Assembly: GCA_003009755.1 (NCBI GenBank)
Contig: PXUB01000038.1
Span: 32,001 to 96,000, forward strand
Source of the DNA: Thermoplasmatales archaeon SW_10_69_26
GTDB lineage: Archaea; Thermoplasmatota; SW-10-69-26
DNA length: 64,000 nucleotides
Direction: 5' to 3'
A model generated the notes under the pieces. The model did no database searches. It was given only the letters and a program-made list of their open reading frames with translations, and was not told where the DNA came from. Position 1 is the first letter of the stretch, and every line of letters begins with the position of its first letter. Position numbers and translations under genes: made by a program. Shown here in pieces: positions 51,125 to 60,879 of the stretch.

Positions 51125-52300
51125 TCAGCGTGACTCCGCGAACCGCACGATGCGGTCCATGGCGTCCTCGAGCACGTCCACGGGTGGCAGGTACACCATG
51201 CGGAAGTGGCCGGTCCCGGCGTCGCCGAACCCGCTGCCGTGCACGGTGAGCACCTGCTCCTCCTCGAGCAGGTCCAGCACCCAGTCCTTGTCCGATCCTT
51301 CGAGGTCGTCGATGCGGACGAAGGCGTAGAAGGCGCCCTCCGGCTTTGCCATCGAGAGGGCCTGGGTCGACTGCACGCGTTCGTAGACGGTCTCGGCGCG
51401 GCGGCGCAGCCGGCGACGCACGTCGTCGAGGTGGTCGGCGTTGGGCGTCAGCGTGTTCGCGATCGCCGCCTGCATGGGGGCCGGAGAGCACAGCCGCAGC
51501 CGAGCCTGCTTCATGACGGTCTCCTTGATGCCGGCCAGCTCGTCGTCGGGGTCGCGGAAGGCCATCCAGCCGGCCCGCCAGCCAGGCACGAGCCAGCTCT
51601 TCGACAGGCCGTCGAGCACGACCACGGGCCCTTGTCCGATCGCGCCGGCCGTCGTGGGGCGCTGGCCGAAGGACAGCTCCCAGTAGATGTCGTCCGTGAT
51701 CAGCAACAGCTCGTGCTCCCAGGCGATCTCGCAGATCTCCTCGAGCACGTCCTCGGGGATCGTGGCGCCGGTCGGGTTGTTGGGGGAGATCACGACGAGG
51801 GCTTGCGTGTCCTCGTCGATGCGCTCGCGGATCGCGTCGGGGTCCGGTGCCCAGCCGTCCTCCATCCGGCACGGGTAGGCTCGGCTCTGCGCCGACGTGA
51901 TCAGCGGCAAGGAGACGTAGGGCGGGTAGGCCGGCCCGGGAATGAGCACCTCTTCGCCGGGATCGAGCACGCTGGCCAACAGCAACCCCAGTGCCTCGCT
52001 GGTCCCGGTCGTGACGACCACGTCCTCGGCTCCGACGTCGACGCCGCGGGACCGCTCGTAGCGGGCGATCGCCTCGCGAGCGGATCGGCTCCCCTGGCTG
52101 GGGGAGTACCCGGCCGGGCGAGCCCCCTGCCGGTGGGCCTCGAGGAGCTTGGTCGGCGGCTCGAAGTCGAAGGCGCACGGGTCGCCGATGTTCAGCTTGA
52201 GGACGTCGTGGCCTTGGGCCTCGAGTTCCCGGGCTGGACCGAGCACGTCCCGGATCGCGTAGGAGACCTGGTCGAAGCGCTCCGCGGGCTCGTAAGGCAT
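51125..52300 (-). CDS. Class I/II PLP aminotransferase (alanine/aspartate type)
   Basis: LNIGDP, SPNNPTG, DDIY, GLSKSWLVPGWRAG. Confidence 0.92.
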   Translation of the reverse strand: MPYEPAERFDQVSYAIRDVLGPARELEAQGHDVLKLNIGDPCAFDFEPPTKLLEAHRQGARPAGYSPSQGSRSAREAIARYERSRGVDVGAEDVVVTTGTSEALGLLLASVLDPGEEVLIPGPAYPPYVSLPLITSAQSRAYPCRMEDGWAPDPDAIRERIDEDTQALVVISPNNPTGATIPEDVLEEICEIAWEHELLLITDDIYWELSFGQRPTTAGAIGQGPVVVLDGLSKSWLVPGWRAGWMAFRDPDDELAGIKETVMKQARLRLCSPAPMQAAIANTLTPNADHLDDVRRRLRRRAETVYERVQSTQALSMAKPEGAFYAFVRIDDLEGSDKDWVLDLLEEEQVLTVHGSGFGDAGTGHFRMVYLPPVDVLEDAMDRIVRFAESR

Positions 52301-52358
52301 CGCGACGGGCAGGCTCCGCCACCGTGAAAAACCGCTCGGAGCCTGCCGCGCGTGGACG

Positions 52359-53768
52359 TCAGTTGCCCTGGTAGACGTCGAACCCGTTCGCCAGGTCGCC
52401 GGCGAACATGTAGCCCTGGTAGGTCCACACGTCCCAGACGTTGCGGTTGTCGTTGAACTGGTCGACCATGATCGGGTTGGCGGGGTCCGAGAAGTCGACG
52501 AGGACGACGCCCGCGCCGTAGAAGGCCATCGCGAGCTTCTCCTCGCCGGGGATCAGCTGTCCGAAGTGGGCGGTGCAGCCGGCGGGGACCTCGGTGCCGC
52601 CGATCTCGGTCATCCGGTCGTCCTGGGGCGGGTTGGAGGCGTAGTGGCTGGGCGGCGAGAACCATCCCTGCAGTTGGGGGTTCTCCTCGTCGCTGATGTC
52701 GTAGAACCAAAGGTTGCCGGCCGGGCCGCTGGCGCTTTGCCCGGCGGCGTCGGCGTACGCGTCGCAGGCGGGGGCGATGCCGCCGCCGTTCTCGTCGCCG
52801 ACGATCAGCACGGAGGCGTCTTCGTTCACCATCGCGAGGTGGCTGAAGAACGCGCTGCCGACGCCCGTGCTGGGTGTGCCAGAGACGCCGTGGTGCACGG
52901 GGATGTCCACGACGACGCTGGGATCGCGAGGGTCGCTGATGTCCCAGGTCTGCGTCATCTGGATGCCGGCGCAGTAGGCGCGCTGCTGGTCCTCGCTGAT
53001 GTGGAAGCTGATGTCGTGGCAGCTGTACCCGTTCTCGAAGTCGGTCACCATCTCGGGGCTGGACGGGTCGGACAGGTCGTAGATGGCCGTCCCGCTGGAG
53101 CCCTCGCCGGGCACCTGGCTCCCGGTGCCGCCGCCGTTGCTGGCGGAGTTGTACAGCAGGGGCGTTCCGGGCACGACGCCGACGTTGTGGGAGCCGCGCT
53201 CGGGCTCGATCGTGGAGACCTTCTGCGGGTCGGTCGGGTCCGTGATGTCGTACACGGGCACGACACCGCTGTCCGTGGCGAACACGGCGTACAGGGTGCC
53301 GTCGGGGAACGCGATCGTGTCCGCGTCGCGGGCCGGCGGATCGCCGAGGTCCGACAGCTTCTCGGGGGTCGTCGGGTCCGAGATGTCGTAGATCGTCGTC
53401 TCGTCGATGTAGCCAGGTACGATCGCCAGCGAGCCGAAGACGGCGATGCCGGCGCCTCGCTCCTCGTCGGTGCCGTCGTTGGCGAGGTGCTCGACCTCGG
53501 TCACCTGATCGGGCAGGTCGCGTGGCTCGGGAGGCGCCCACCAGCCAGGCACCTCACCCTCGACACCCTGGGTCGGGTCGTTCATCGTCGGGAACCCGAA
53601 GCTGGGATGGGCGGCCTTCAACGCGGAGGGGTTCTCCACGTCGGGGACCGTCTCGTCCACGGGGTCCGTGCTCTGCTCGGCGGCATCCGTGCCCAGGTCC
53701 TCGCTGCCGATGCATCCGGCCAGGGGGGCGGCGAGGAGGAAAAGCGCCAGCAAGACGGCTCGCTGCAT
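52359..53768 (-). CDS. LVIVD-repeat lipoprotein
   Basis: Lipobox PLAGC; repeated YDISDP.xP motifs; CHD, CTAH. Confidence 0.75.
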   Translation of the reverse strand: MQRAVLLALFLLAAPLAGCIGSEDLGTDAAEQSTDPVDETVPDVENPSALKAAHPSFGFPTMNDPTQGVEGEVPGWWAPPEPRDLPDQVTEVEHLANDGTDEERGAGIAVFGSLAIVPGYIDETTIYDISDPTTPEKLSDLGDPPARDADTIAFPDGTLYAVFATDSGVVPVYDITDPTDPQKVSTIEPERGSHNVGVVPGTPLLYNSASNGGGTGSQVPGEGSSGTAIYDLSDPSSPEMVTDFENGYSCHDISFHISEDQQRAYCAGIQMTQTWDISDPRDPSVVVDIPVHHGVSGTPSTGVGSAFFSHLAMVNEDASVLIVGDENGGGIAPACDAYADAAGQSASGPAGNLWFYDISDEENPQLQGWFSPPSHYASNPPQDDRMTEIGGTEVPAGCTAHFGQLIPGEEKLAMAFYGAGVVLVDFSDPANPIMVDQFNDNRNVWDVWTYQGYMFAGDLANGFDVYQGN

Positions 53769-53890
53769 GTGCCTGACACTCTCTCCGTCGCCCTAAAAGT
53801 GTTCCTGGACACCGGCCCGTCAGGGTCGCAGGCCGGAAGCCCCGCGACGCGAAAAACCCTTAACCGGTCCCCGCTGTCGGAGGGCCCGTC

Positions 53891-53961
53891 GCAGGGGTAG
53901 CCAAGTGGTTAGGCGGCGGATTGCAGATCCGTTAACGCGCGTTCAAATCGCGCCCCCTGCT
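53891..53961 (+). tRNA. tRNA-Cys (GCA)
   Basis: GCAGGGG/CCCCTGC-T acceptor stem, GCGGA-TT-GCA-GA-TCCGT anticodon arm; AT-rich box at about 53852-53864. Confidence 0.93.
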
Positions 53962-54106
53962 TCGTTCTCCCTCCCCCACCCCTGCCCAACGCAGCCAACT
54001 TGGGGGTCCCGTCGGCGGTCGCCGTCGGCTCGCGGTCGGCTCGGTTCCCCCTTGGGCGAGGGGGAATCACGTAGCCTTTTTCCGTTGCGCTCGTCGAACA
54101 AAGCCC

Positions 54107-54634
54107 GTGGCGGGCACGCCTCCCTCGTCTCCCGAACGGCGGAAGCGAGCTTGGGCTCGCGTCGCGATCCTGCTAGCCTTCGGTGCTGGGATCGTGGCGG
54201 GAGGGGTGGCACTGACAGGTATGGAGCAGGGCTTCGACCCGATGCTTGGCATGATCGGCGGCGGGACCTTGGTCCTCGTCATCGTCTCCAACATGCTCGC
54301 CACGCGCCGGATCGAGGACGACGCCGACGACTCCCCGCAACTGCCCGGCGAGAAGTACGCCGACCGCGATGCCCCCGAACCCCACCAGACCGCCGACGCC
54401 GAGCTCGAGGGGGTACCGTTCAGCGAGTCCAAGAAGGTCACCAACGGCGCCAACGGCGGCAACAAGCGGATCCGGGAGCTGAACGAGAAACTGGAGAAGG
54501 TCAACAAGGAGCTCCAGCGCGCCAACGTGAAGCTCGGGCTCGGCGAGATCAGCGAGGACGGCTACGAGCGCATCGTCGAGCGCCTCAAAGAGCAGCGGGC
54601 CAAGCTCGAGAACGAGCTGAACAAGCACAGGTGA
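54107..54634 (+). CDS. Hypothetical protein with two TM helices and a C-terminal coiled coil
   Basis: Two hydrophobic helices; GEISEDGYERIVERL resembles a SHOCT-like tail. Confidence 0.6.
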   Translation: MAGTPPSSPERRKRAWARVAILLAFGAGIVAGGVALTGMEQGFDPMLGMIGGGTLVLVIVSNMLATRRIEDDADDSPQLPGEKYADRDAPEPHQTADAELEGVPFSESKKVTNGANGGNKRIRELNEKLEKVNKELQRANVKLGLGEISEDGYERIVERLKEQRAKLENELNKHR

Positions 54635-54665
54635 AACCTTTACCTGAAGCCGCTATCGAGGCCTC

Positions 54666-55433
54666 GTGACCGATCGCGGCCTCGAGCAAGGCGAGCGGTT
54701 CCGCGTCGTGCTCGTCGAACCCAAGTACGAGGGCAACGTCGGCGCCGTCGCCCGCGTGTGCGCGAACTTCGGCGTCGACGATCTCGTCGTCGTCGAGGGT
54801 CCCGAGCTGACCGACCGGGCCCAGATGATGGCGGTGCACGCCGACGACCTGCTCGACGACGCCGAAACCGTGGACTCCCTCGAGGTGGGCCTGCAGGGGA
54901 CGAACCTCGCGGTCGGGTTCACCGCCCAGCTCGCCGGCAAGACCCAGGACCACGTCCGCGACGGGCTGGCCCTCCCCGAGGCCGCCGACACCGCCCGACG
55001 CATGCAGGGCACCCTCGCGCTCGTGTTCGGCCGCGAGGACGACGGCCTGTCGATCGATGAACTCGAGCTCATGGACGTCGTGACGCGGATCCCCGTGCAC
55101 GAGGACTACCCGAGCATGAACCTCTCCCACGCCGCGTCCGTGGGGCTGTACGAGCTCGTGGCTCGGGGGCGGTGGGCGCCCGAGCGCCGGGCCTCGGCCA
55201 CCAAGGAGCAGATGGAGATTCTGTTCGCCACGCTCGAGCACGTGGGCAAGCAAGCCCGCGTGCGCGACCACAAGCTGACGTTGATGCTGCGATGCCTGCG
55301 GCGCGTGTTCGGCCGCACCCGCGTCTCGACGTGGGAGTACCACCGCATGATGGGCCTGTTCACGCGCACGCTCAAGCAGATGGACGCCTGGCCCGTGCCC
55401 ACGGTCAAGGAAGGCGTCCTCGACGAGGATTAG
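54666..55433 (+). CDS. trmJ: SPOUT tRNA methyltransferase (TrmJ family)
   Basis: VLVEPKYEGNVGAVAR, LVFGREDDGL, YPSMNLSHA. Confidence 0.88.
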   Translation: MTDRGLEQGERFRVVLVEPKYEGNVGAVARVCANFGVDDLVVVEGPELTDRAQMMAVHADDLLDDAETVDSLEVGLQGTNLAVGFTAQLAGKTQDHVRDGLALPEAADTARRMQGTLALVFGREDDGLSIDELELMDVVTRIPVHEDYPSMNLSHAASVGLYELVARGRWAPERRASATKEQMEILFATLEHVGKQARVRDHKLTLMLRCLRRVFGRTRVSTWEYHRMMGLFTRTLKQMDAWPVPTVKEGVLDED

Positions 55434-56083
55434 GGGTCCAGCGCCGCCGCGATCGCCTCCGTGAGCGACCCCTCGACCAGGATGGTTCCCCGCATCCCGG
55501 CAGCCTTGGCTCCCGCCCGGTCCTCGCCCGCGCAATCGCCGACGTGCACGGCCCGGCCGAGCTCGACCCCCAACCGGTCCAAGGCCATCCAGAACGGGCG
55601 CGGATGCGGCTTGTATGCCCGCGCCTGGTGCGAGGAGACGACCGCGTCGGCCGCCCTCCTCAGTCCGGTCCGTCGAGCCAGCGCTGACAGCACGGGCTCG
55701 TCGACGTTGGACACGACCGCCCACGGCACCCCGGCCGATCGGACCTGCTCCAGCGCGGCGGCCACGTCCTCGCGGAGCGGCCGCGTGGCCCACAGGCTCT
55801 CCAGCGCGCTCGCCCAGTAGCTGGGATCGATCGCGAGATCGTGACGGCGGGCGAGAGCCCCGGCGCCCTGGACGAGGCTGGCCCGCACCGTGCGGAACGG
55901 CGTGCGAGCGCGCTCGGCCAAGCTGGCCTGCACCCACGTATCGAGCACCGCGTCCGGGTCGGCCTCGTGGTCGCCCTCGGCCAACAGGTCCCCGACGAGC
56001 GGGCGCTCGTCCCGCACGAGCGAGAAGTCGACCAGCGTCCCGAACAGGTCCAGCGTCAGGGCAGCGGGCGGCTTGGCCGGCAT
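55430..56083 (-). CDS. HAD-superfamily hydrolase
   Basis: LDLFGTL, VSN, KPHP, HVGD. Confidence 0.88.
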   Translation of the reverse strand: MPAKPPAALTLDLFGTLVDFSLVRDERPLVGDLLAEGDHEADPDAVLDTWVQASLAERARTPFRTVRASLVQGAGALARRHDLAIDPSYWASALESLWATRPLREDVAAALEQVRSAGVPWAVVSNVDEPVLSALARRTGLRRAADAVVSSHQARAYKPHPRPFWMALDRLGVELGRAVHVGDCAGEDRAGAKAAGMRGTILVEGSLTEAIAAALDP

Positions 56084-56091
56084 GGCCGGGC

Positions 56092-56913
56092 TCAGGCTTC
56101 CCGGGTGTCGGCGGCCAGCGGCTGCCCCAGGCCCTGGACCAAGCGCTTGGCTCGGCTTTTAGCCAACCCGTGGCGGGCCAGCTGGCTGCGCGCGGCCGGC
56201 GGATCGGGCGCGCTGGCCCCGGGCGGGGGCTGCTCGGCCACGGTCGGATCGAGGAACAGCTCACGCACGGCCTCGGCGCGGGGGAGCTCGGCCTCGCGAG
56301 CCTGGGCGGCCGCCTGCAGGTCGCCGTGTTCGCGGACGAGGTCGAGCCCGCGCACCGGGCCGACGCCGTGGACGCCGTCGTTGTAGTCGGTGCCGATCAG
56401 GATCGCCGCGTCGACGAGCTGCTGGCGGGTGATCTCGTGCTCGGCCAGTCGCCGTTCGAGCGTGATGCGCTCGGGATCCCGGTTGCCGGAGGCGCGCACG
56501 TAGCGCAAGGTGGTCGGGCACCCGTACAGCGCGGCGTCGTAGTCCTGGGTGATGCCGGCGTCGACGTGGTCGTTGGCCACCCACCAGGCCAGCTGGGCGT
56601 CGGTCTCCTCGGGCGCCTGGAACCAGGGCACGCCCAGCGTGTCCAGCAGGGTCTTGGCCTCCCGGATCTGGGAGTCCTCCAGGCGGGCCGCTCCGACCTC
56701 GTCGCCCTCCTCGCGGGCCTTCTCCCGCTGGGCTTGGCGCTTCTCGATCGTTTTGGCCTTCAGCTCGGGGGGCTCGCCGTCGAACACCCAGACCGGCTCG
56801 ACGCGCAGGCGAGCGTACAGCTCGAGCCGGTTGACCGCGACCCGGCGTCCCTCGAGCTCGGCGAGATCGAAGGGCTTGGGATCGAGGACGTCACGCAGCG
56901 CGGAGAGACCCAT
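56092..56913 (-). CDS. FEN1/XPG-family nuclease paralogue with an apparent N-terminal deletion
   Basis: WVFDGEPP, APEETDAQ, QDYD, ILIGTDYNDGVHGVGP. Confidence 0.8.
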   Translation of the reverse strand: MGLSALRDVLDPKPFDLAELEGRRVAVNRLELYARLRVEPVWVFDGEPPELKAKTIEKRQAQREKAREEGDEVGAARLEDSQIREAKTLLDTLGVPWFQAPEETDAQLAWWVANDHVDAGITQDYDAALYGCPTTLRYVRASGNRDPERITLERRLAEHEITRQQLVDAAILIGTDYNDGVHGVGPVRGLDLVREHGDLQAAAQAREAELPRAEAVRELFLDPTVAEQPPPGASAPDPPAARSQLARHGLAKSRAKRLVQGLGQPLAADTREA

Positions 56914-57077
56914 CGACGGTGCCAGGCGGCGGTGACGTTTGAGCCTTCCGGGAGGAGCCCGTCCCGAGGACGAGACGGCCAGCCCCCAGGGCGCCCTGGC
57001 GGTGGGACTTGGCGAACGGGAGCGGATAGGGGGAACACCCAAAGGTTCAGGGTACCCCCCGTCGTCTTGGAGGATGG

Positions 57078-58364
57078 ATGCTCGGGCTCGCGCGGAACGT
57101 GGCCGAGCGGGTCGCCTTCCTGGTGGTCAGCGCCATCGTGGTCGTGTACGGCGCCTACCAGGGCCTCCAGATCGAGGCCGTCTCCTTCGACGTCTGGGGC
57201 CTGTTCGTGCGCGTGGCCATGATCGACGCGATCCCCGCCGCGCTCGTGTTCGCCGCCATCGTGGTCCTCAGCGGAGCGATGCTGGCGCGCGAGGTGCACG
57301 GCGAGGGACCCGAGGGCCGCGTGAGGGAGGGACCCCGCGTGGCCGCCCTCGTACCCGCCTTCCGGGACGGGGACGTGCTCGAGGAGAGCGTCGGCACGCT
57401 TGTGACCTCGAACTACGAGGACCTCGAGGTCGCCATCTTGACCGAGCCCGGCGACCGTGAGACGAAGGCGCGGGCCCGCGAGCTGGCCGAGCACCCCGAC
57501 GTCCAGGTGCTCGAGAACCGCTACCCGGGGTCCAAGGCCGGCGCGATCGACGACGCCGTCGAGCGGCTGGACGCCGACGTGTTCTGCGCCTTCGACGCCG
57601 ACGAACGCGTCGACCCCGCGTACGTGCCCACCGCCGTCCACGCCCTTACCGAGGACGGGCGCGACGTCTTCCAGGCACGCCGGGTCCCCCGCGTCAGCGG
57701 CCCCGTCGAGGCGTTGGCTTACGGCGAACGCCTGCTCTTCCACGCCGGTCACAAGCTCGTCGAACCGCTCGGGTTCACCTACTGCCGCAGTTCCTCCGTG
57801 GCGTTCACGCCCGAGGCCTACGAGGCGGTGGACGGCCTCGACGACATGCTGACCGAGGACCTCGACTTCGCGCACGAGTGCTTCCGCGCGAACCTCGACG
57901 TCCAGCAGACCCGCAGCCTCACCAACGAGATGGAGGCCCCGCACACCTTGTCGGACCTCTGGGGCCAACGCAAGCGGTGGCGCATGGGCCACATCGAGGT
58001 GCTGGTGAAGGCGCTGCGCGGCGGCTTCACCCACGGCGGCTGGCGCGGGGCCTTGTCGACGTGTAGGCTGGCCACGACGCTGGCGGCCGGCCTGTTCCTG
58101 CTCGCCTTGGCAGCCAAGATCCTGCTGTTGCTCGTGCTCGACCTCGAGATCCTGTTCCTCGTCCCGCTGGCCGCCATCGCCTTGGCCACGCTGCCGGTCG
58201 TGCTCGCCGACCGCCAGGCCGGCCACATCCCGCAGGCCAGCCCCGCGATCGCGTTGATCCCGCTCATCTACCCCGGCTTCGGCCTGTTGAACATCCGCTC
58301 GCTCCTCGCGTACGGGTTGAGCTGGGATGGCGAGTGGTACCAGGTCGACAAGACGGGCTCGTGA
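57078..58364 (+). CDS. Membrane glycosyltransferase family 2 (processive type)
   Basis: SKAGA, FDAD, TEDLD, QRKRW. Confidence 0.88.
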   Translation: MLGLARNVAERVAFLVVSAIVVVYGAYQGLQIEAVSFDVWGLFVRVAMIDAIPAALVFAAIVVLSGAMLAREVHGEGPEGRVREGPRVAALVPAFRDGDVLEESVGTLVTSNYEDLEVAILTEPGDRETKARARELAEHPDVQVLENRYPGSKAGAIDDAVERLDADVFCAFDADERVDPAYVPTAVHALTEDGRDVFQARRVPRVSGPVEALAYGERLLFHAGHKLVEPLGFTYCRSSSVAFTPEAYEAVDGLDDMLTEDLDFAHECFRANLDVQQTRSLTNEMEAPHTLSDLWGQRKRWRMGHIEVLVKALRGGFTHGGWRGALSTCRLATTLAAGLFLLALAAKILLLLVLDLEILFLVPLAAIALATLPVVLADRQAGHIPQASPAIALIPLIYPGFGLLNIRSLLAYGLSWDGEWYQVDKTGS

Positions 58365-58718
58365 GGCTCACCCCCGCGCTCCCCGCCTCGGCGATCTGCT
58401 CGCGGAGGTTGGCCTGCACGGACGCGGGACGCTCGTTACTGGCAATCTCGACGAGGCCGTCCAGGGCCTGGCGCAGGAGCTCGTCGTCGCCGGCGGCGTC
58501 GGTCACGGTTGGTACGGCTCCAAGATGGGTCGGATCCCCGTGAAGAAGTTTTTGGCGCATGGGTCGAAGTGAAATCGGCTGGACCACCCGCTTCGATCCG
58601 AAGACAGTCGGTCAATTCTTCGACAAGAATGCCCCTCATCTCGCCGAGTATTTATTCTGTGGTCGTATTGTTCCATAAAGTATAAACCATTCTCTCCAAA
58701 TACTAGTTTGAGATAGCA

Positions 58719-59645
58719 ATGAAGGGTTGGGTCGCCTTGCTCTGACTTGCTACGGCGCTGGTGTCGGCAGCCCCCTTGGTCGTCGACGGTACAGGAATGC
58801 TGACGCCCTGGGAGCTGGAGGAGGAGGAGACCGTTCGACCAGCTACGCCTGTCGAAATACAGTTCGAGGTGTTGGACGATGAGAAGAACGTGGTTTATCC
58901 CCTGGACGGGGGCGCAGCCGAGGGAAGAATAACACCGGGATCGGATGATCAGGTTGCCCGGTTGCTCTCCCCGTACGTGTTGGGCCTTCAAGAAGGAGAG
59001 AGCATGAGAACCGCTCAACTCGACAACCCCTTCGGTGAACCACACCGTTACGAGATTCAGCGCACGATTTGGACGGGGAACAAGACGCAAACCATCGATG
59101 CCTCCGCGGTGGACCACGTCCCAGTCGGGGAAGAGTTCGTCGTCGAACCCATCAACATCACCGCAGTGCTCGTTGAAAGGGGGGAGTCCACCGCGAAGGT
59201 CGAATACCAGATCAGCGACTCGACGATTCTCCACCCTAGCAATCTCAATTTGTCAGTAACGAGCGACGAGGGGAACGTCCAAATTGCCCTCGATCATGAG
59301 GAGGGAGAGACGCTAAAACTGCGGGATGGTTGCCGCGACCTACTCGGGATCCCTGCAGGCTGGTTCCGTTTCGATCGTGTCGATCGCTCCCACGCCTATG
59401 TCACTTATTATCCCGTTCAGGACGCTGGGACGTTCGAGGCTGCAGCTGCTCTTGCCTCTAACTCCTCCTATATCAATTTCACAGTGGAAACGATCCACAG
59501 CGAGGACGGGGACGAAAACCGAGCCGACATGTCGGAGAAGTACCGACTGGAGGAGCTTCCGCAGAACATCGCAGGAACCAATCAGATCATTTACGATGAG
59601 GATATGCATAACGTTTCCTCGAATCACCTAATTCGCGAGATTTGA
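58719..59645 (+). pseudogene. FKBP/SlyD-like secreted or anchored protein with an in-frame TGA in the signal sequence
   Basis: ATG at 58719 gives MKGWVALL*LATALVSAAPLVV; V..ATPVEIQF...VLGLQEGE...PFG resembles the FKBP fold; TATA-like AAAGTATAAA at about 58677. Confidence 0.55.
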
Positions 59646-59677
59646 GGATTTGAAGACGGAACTGGAGAAGAAGAAAA

Positions 59678-60151
59678 ATGAAGAGCATCTACGCAAGGAT
59701 GGGTACCGCCATTGTTGCTGCTATGCTGGTGACTGGACTCGGGGTCGCCGGAGCCGTAGTGGCCCAGTCGAATAGTAGCGAGGAGAACTCGAACGAGAAC
59801 GGAACGGAAAGCAACTACTCGGTCCAAGCTTCCAGTATGGGCGAAGCAGGAGATAAACTCGCTAAGCAGATCATCATGCCGGCCCAACACCTACCCGGCG
59901 ACGACGAGCCAGAGTCACCCGGGACGACGTGCTCCTGTGAGACGGCCGGCTGGGGCGATGATTGCTCGGAAACCTGCGGAGACCAGGAATCCGAGCCCGG
60001 CTACGCCTGCTGCTGGGAGGACGAAGAGGGATTCAACGAAGCCAACGACTGCAAGTGTGGTTGTAAGGAGAGTCACGACGCCTGCACCGACTGGGCTGAG
60101 GAGGAGAGCGAAGAAGGAGAGTACGATAAGAAGGAGACGAAGAACAAGTAG
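59678..60151 (+). CDS. Secreted acidic Cys-rich peptide precursor (10 Cys)
   Basis: Signal peptide, N-x-S/T sequons, C-terminal CxC-x8-C-x3-C-x10-CC-x12-CxCxC-x6-C. Confidence 0.7.
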   Translation: MKSIYARMGTAIVAAMLVTGLGVAGAVVAQSNSSEENSNENGTESNYSVQASSMGEAGDKLAKQIIMPAQHLPGDDEPESPGTTCSCETAGWGDDCSETCGDQESEPGYACCWEDEEGFNEANDCKCGCKESHDACTDWAEEESEEGEYDKKETKNK

Positions 60152-60162
60152 TAGGAGATTCT

Positions 60163-60879
60163 ATGCCGGGGTCTCGCGCTTTCGTTCGTCAACAAAGCCA
60201 CAAACTGGTCCGGTCCAGCGTTACTCGCGCCGGGATCGCCGCTCTATCGATTCTGGCGCTCCATCTCGGTTACGCGCTGGACCGGGCCGCCTACCTCGGT
60301 AAGACCGAGTGGCTCGGATTCGTGCTGGTTTCCGCCGCACTATTCCCAGCAGCCATGATCACCGCCGATCCACTTCCTCGCTCGCGAGAGAATCGCATGA
60401 TGCTCCTCGAGGCAGCGTTGCCGCTGGGCTCGGTCCACCGCAATTCGGTTACGTTCGGTCTCGCGCTCGTCCTGTCCTCGGCGTCGATAGCCGTCCTCGT
60501 CGGAACCCTGTGGCTGTCGACCGTCCTCGGGAGAGGCTTGGCTCTCCGAGTCTTCGCGAGCCTCGTTCCCGTCGTGGTCCTCGGTTGGGGTCTCGGTGCC
60601 CTCGTGTCGGGTCTCGCGCGGACACGCATTATGGCCCTGCTCTCGTCCACTGGTGCCTGCCTCGTGTTGCTGGCGACGACGGAGATGTTCAGCGGGGCCC
60701 TCGCCAGGGTGGGGGCAGGGTTTGTCGTCGAGACCAATCCCTTGACGCCTGCATACGCGAGTGCCCAGGATGCTCTCGCTGGTTGGCCAGCGAGACCGTC
60801 TCCGATTCCCGGCCTCGTCGGCGCAATCCTCGCAGGGATCGGCTTGGGGGCTGCCCGTTGGAGGAGGATTCCCCGGTGA
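60163..60879 (+). CDS. ABC-2-type permease-like membrane protein
   Basis: About 6 TM helices, TNPLTP motif, operonic with an ABC ATPase. Confidence 0.6.
   Translation: MPGSRAFVRQQSHKLVRSSVTRAGIAALSILALHLGYALDRAAYLGKTEWLGFVLVSAALFPAAMITADPLPRSRENRMMLLEAALPLGSVHRNSVTFGLALVLSSASIAVLVGTLWLSTVLGRGLALRVFASLVPVVVLGWGLGALVSGLARTRIMALLSSTGACLVLLATTEMFSGALARVGAGFVVETNPLTPAYASAQDALAGWPARPSPIPGLVGAILAGIGLGAARWRRIPR

Noticed and set aside
53891-53961. tRNA-Cys or tRNA-Pro as integration sites for the islands
   Set aside because: No duplicated tRNA 3' end or integrase is visible in the window
58743-58745. Selenocysteine at the in-frame TGA
   Set aside because: It lies in a hydrophobic signal sequence rather than a redox motif; a nonsense mutation or error is more plausible
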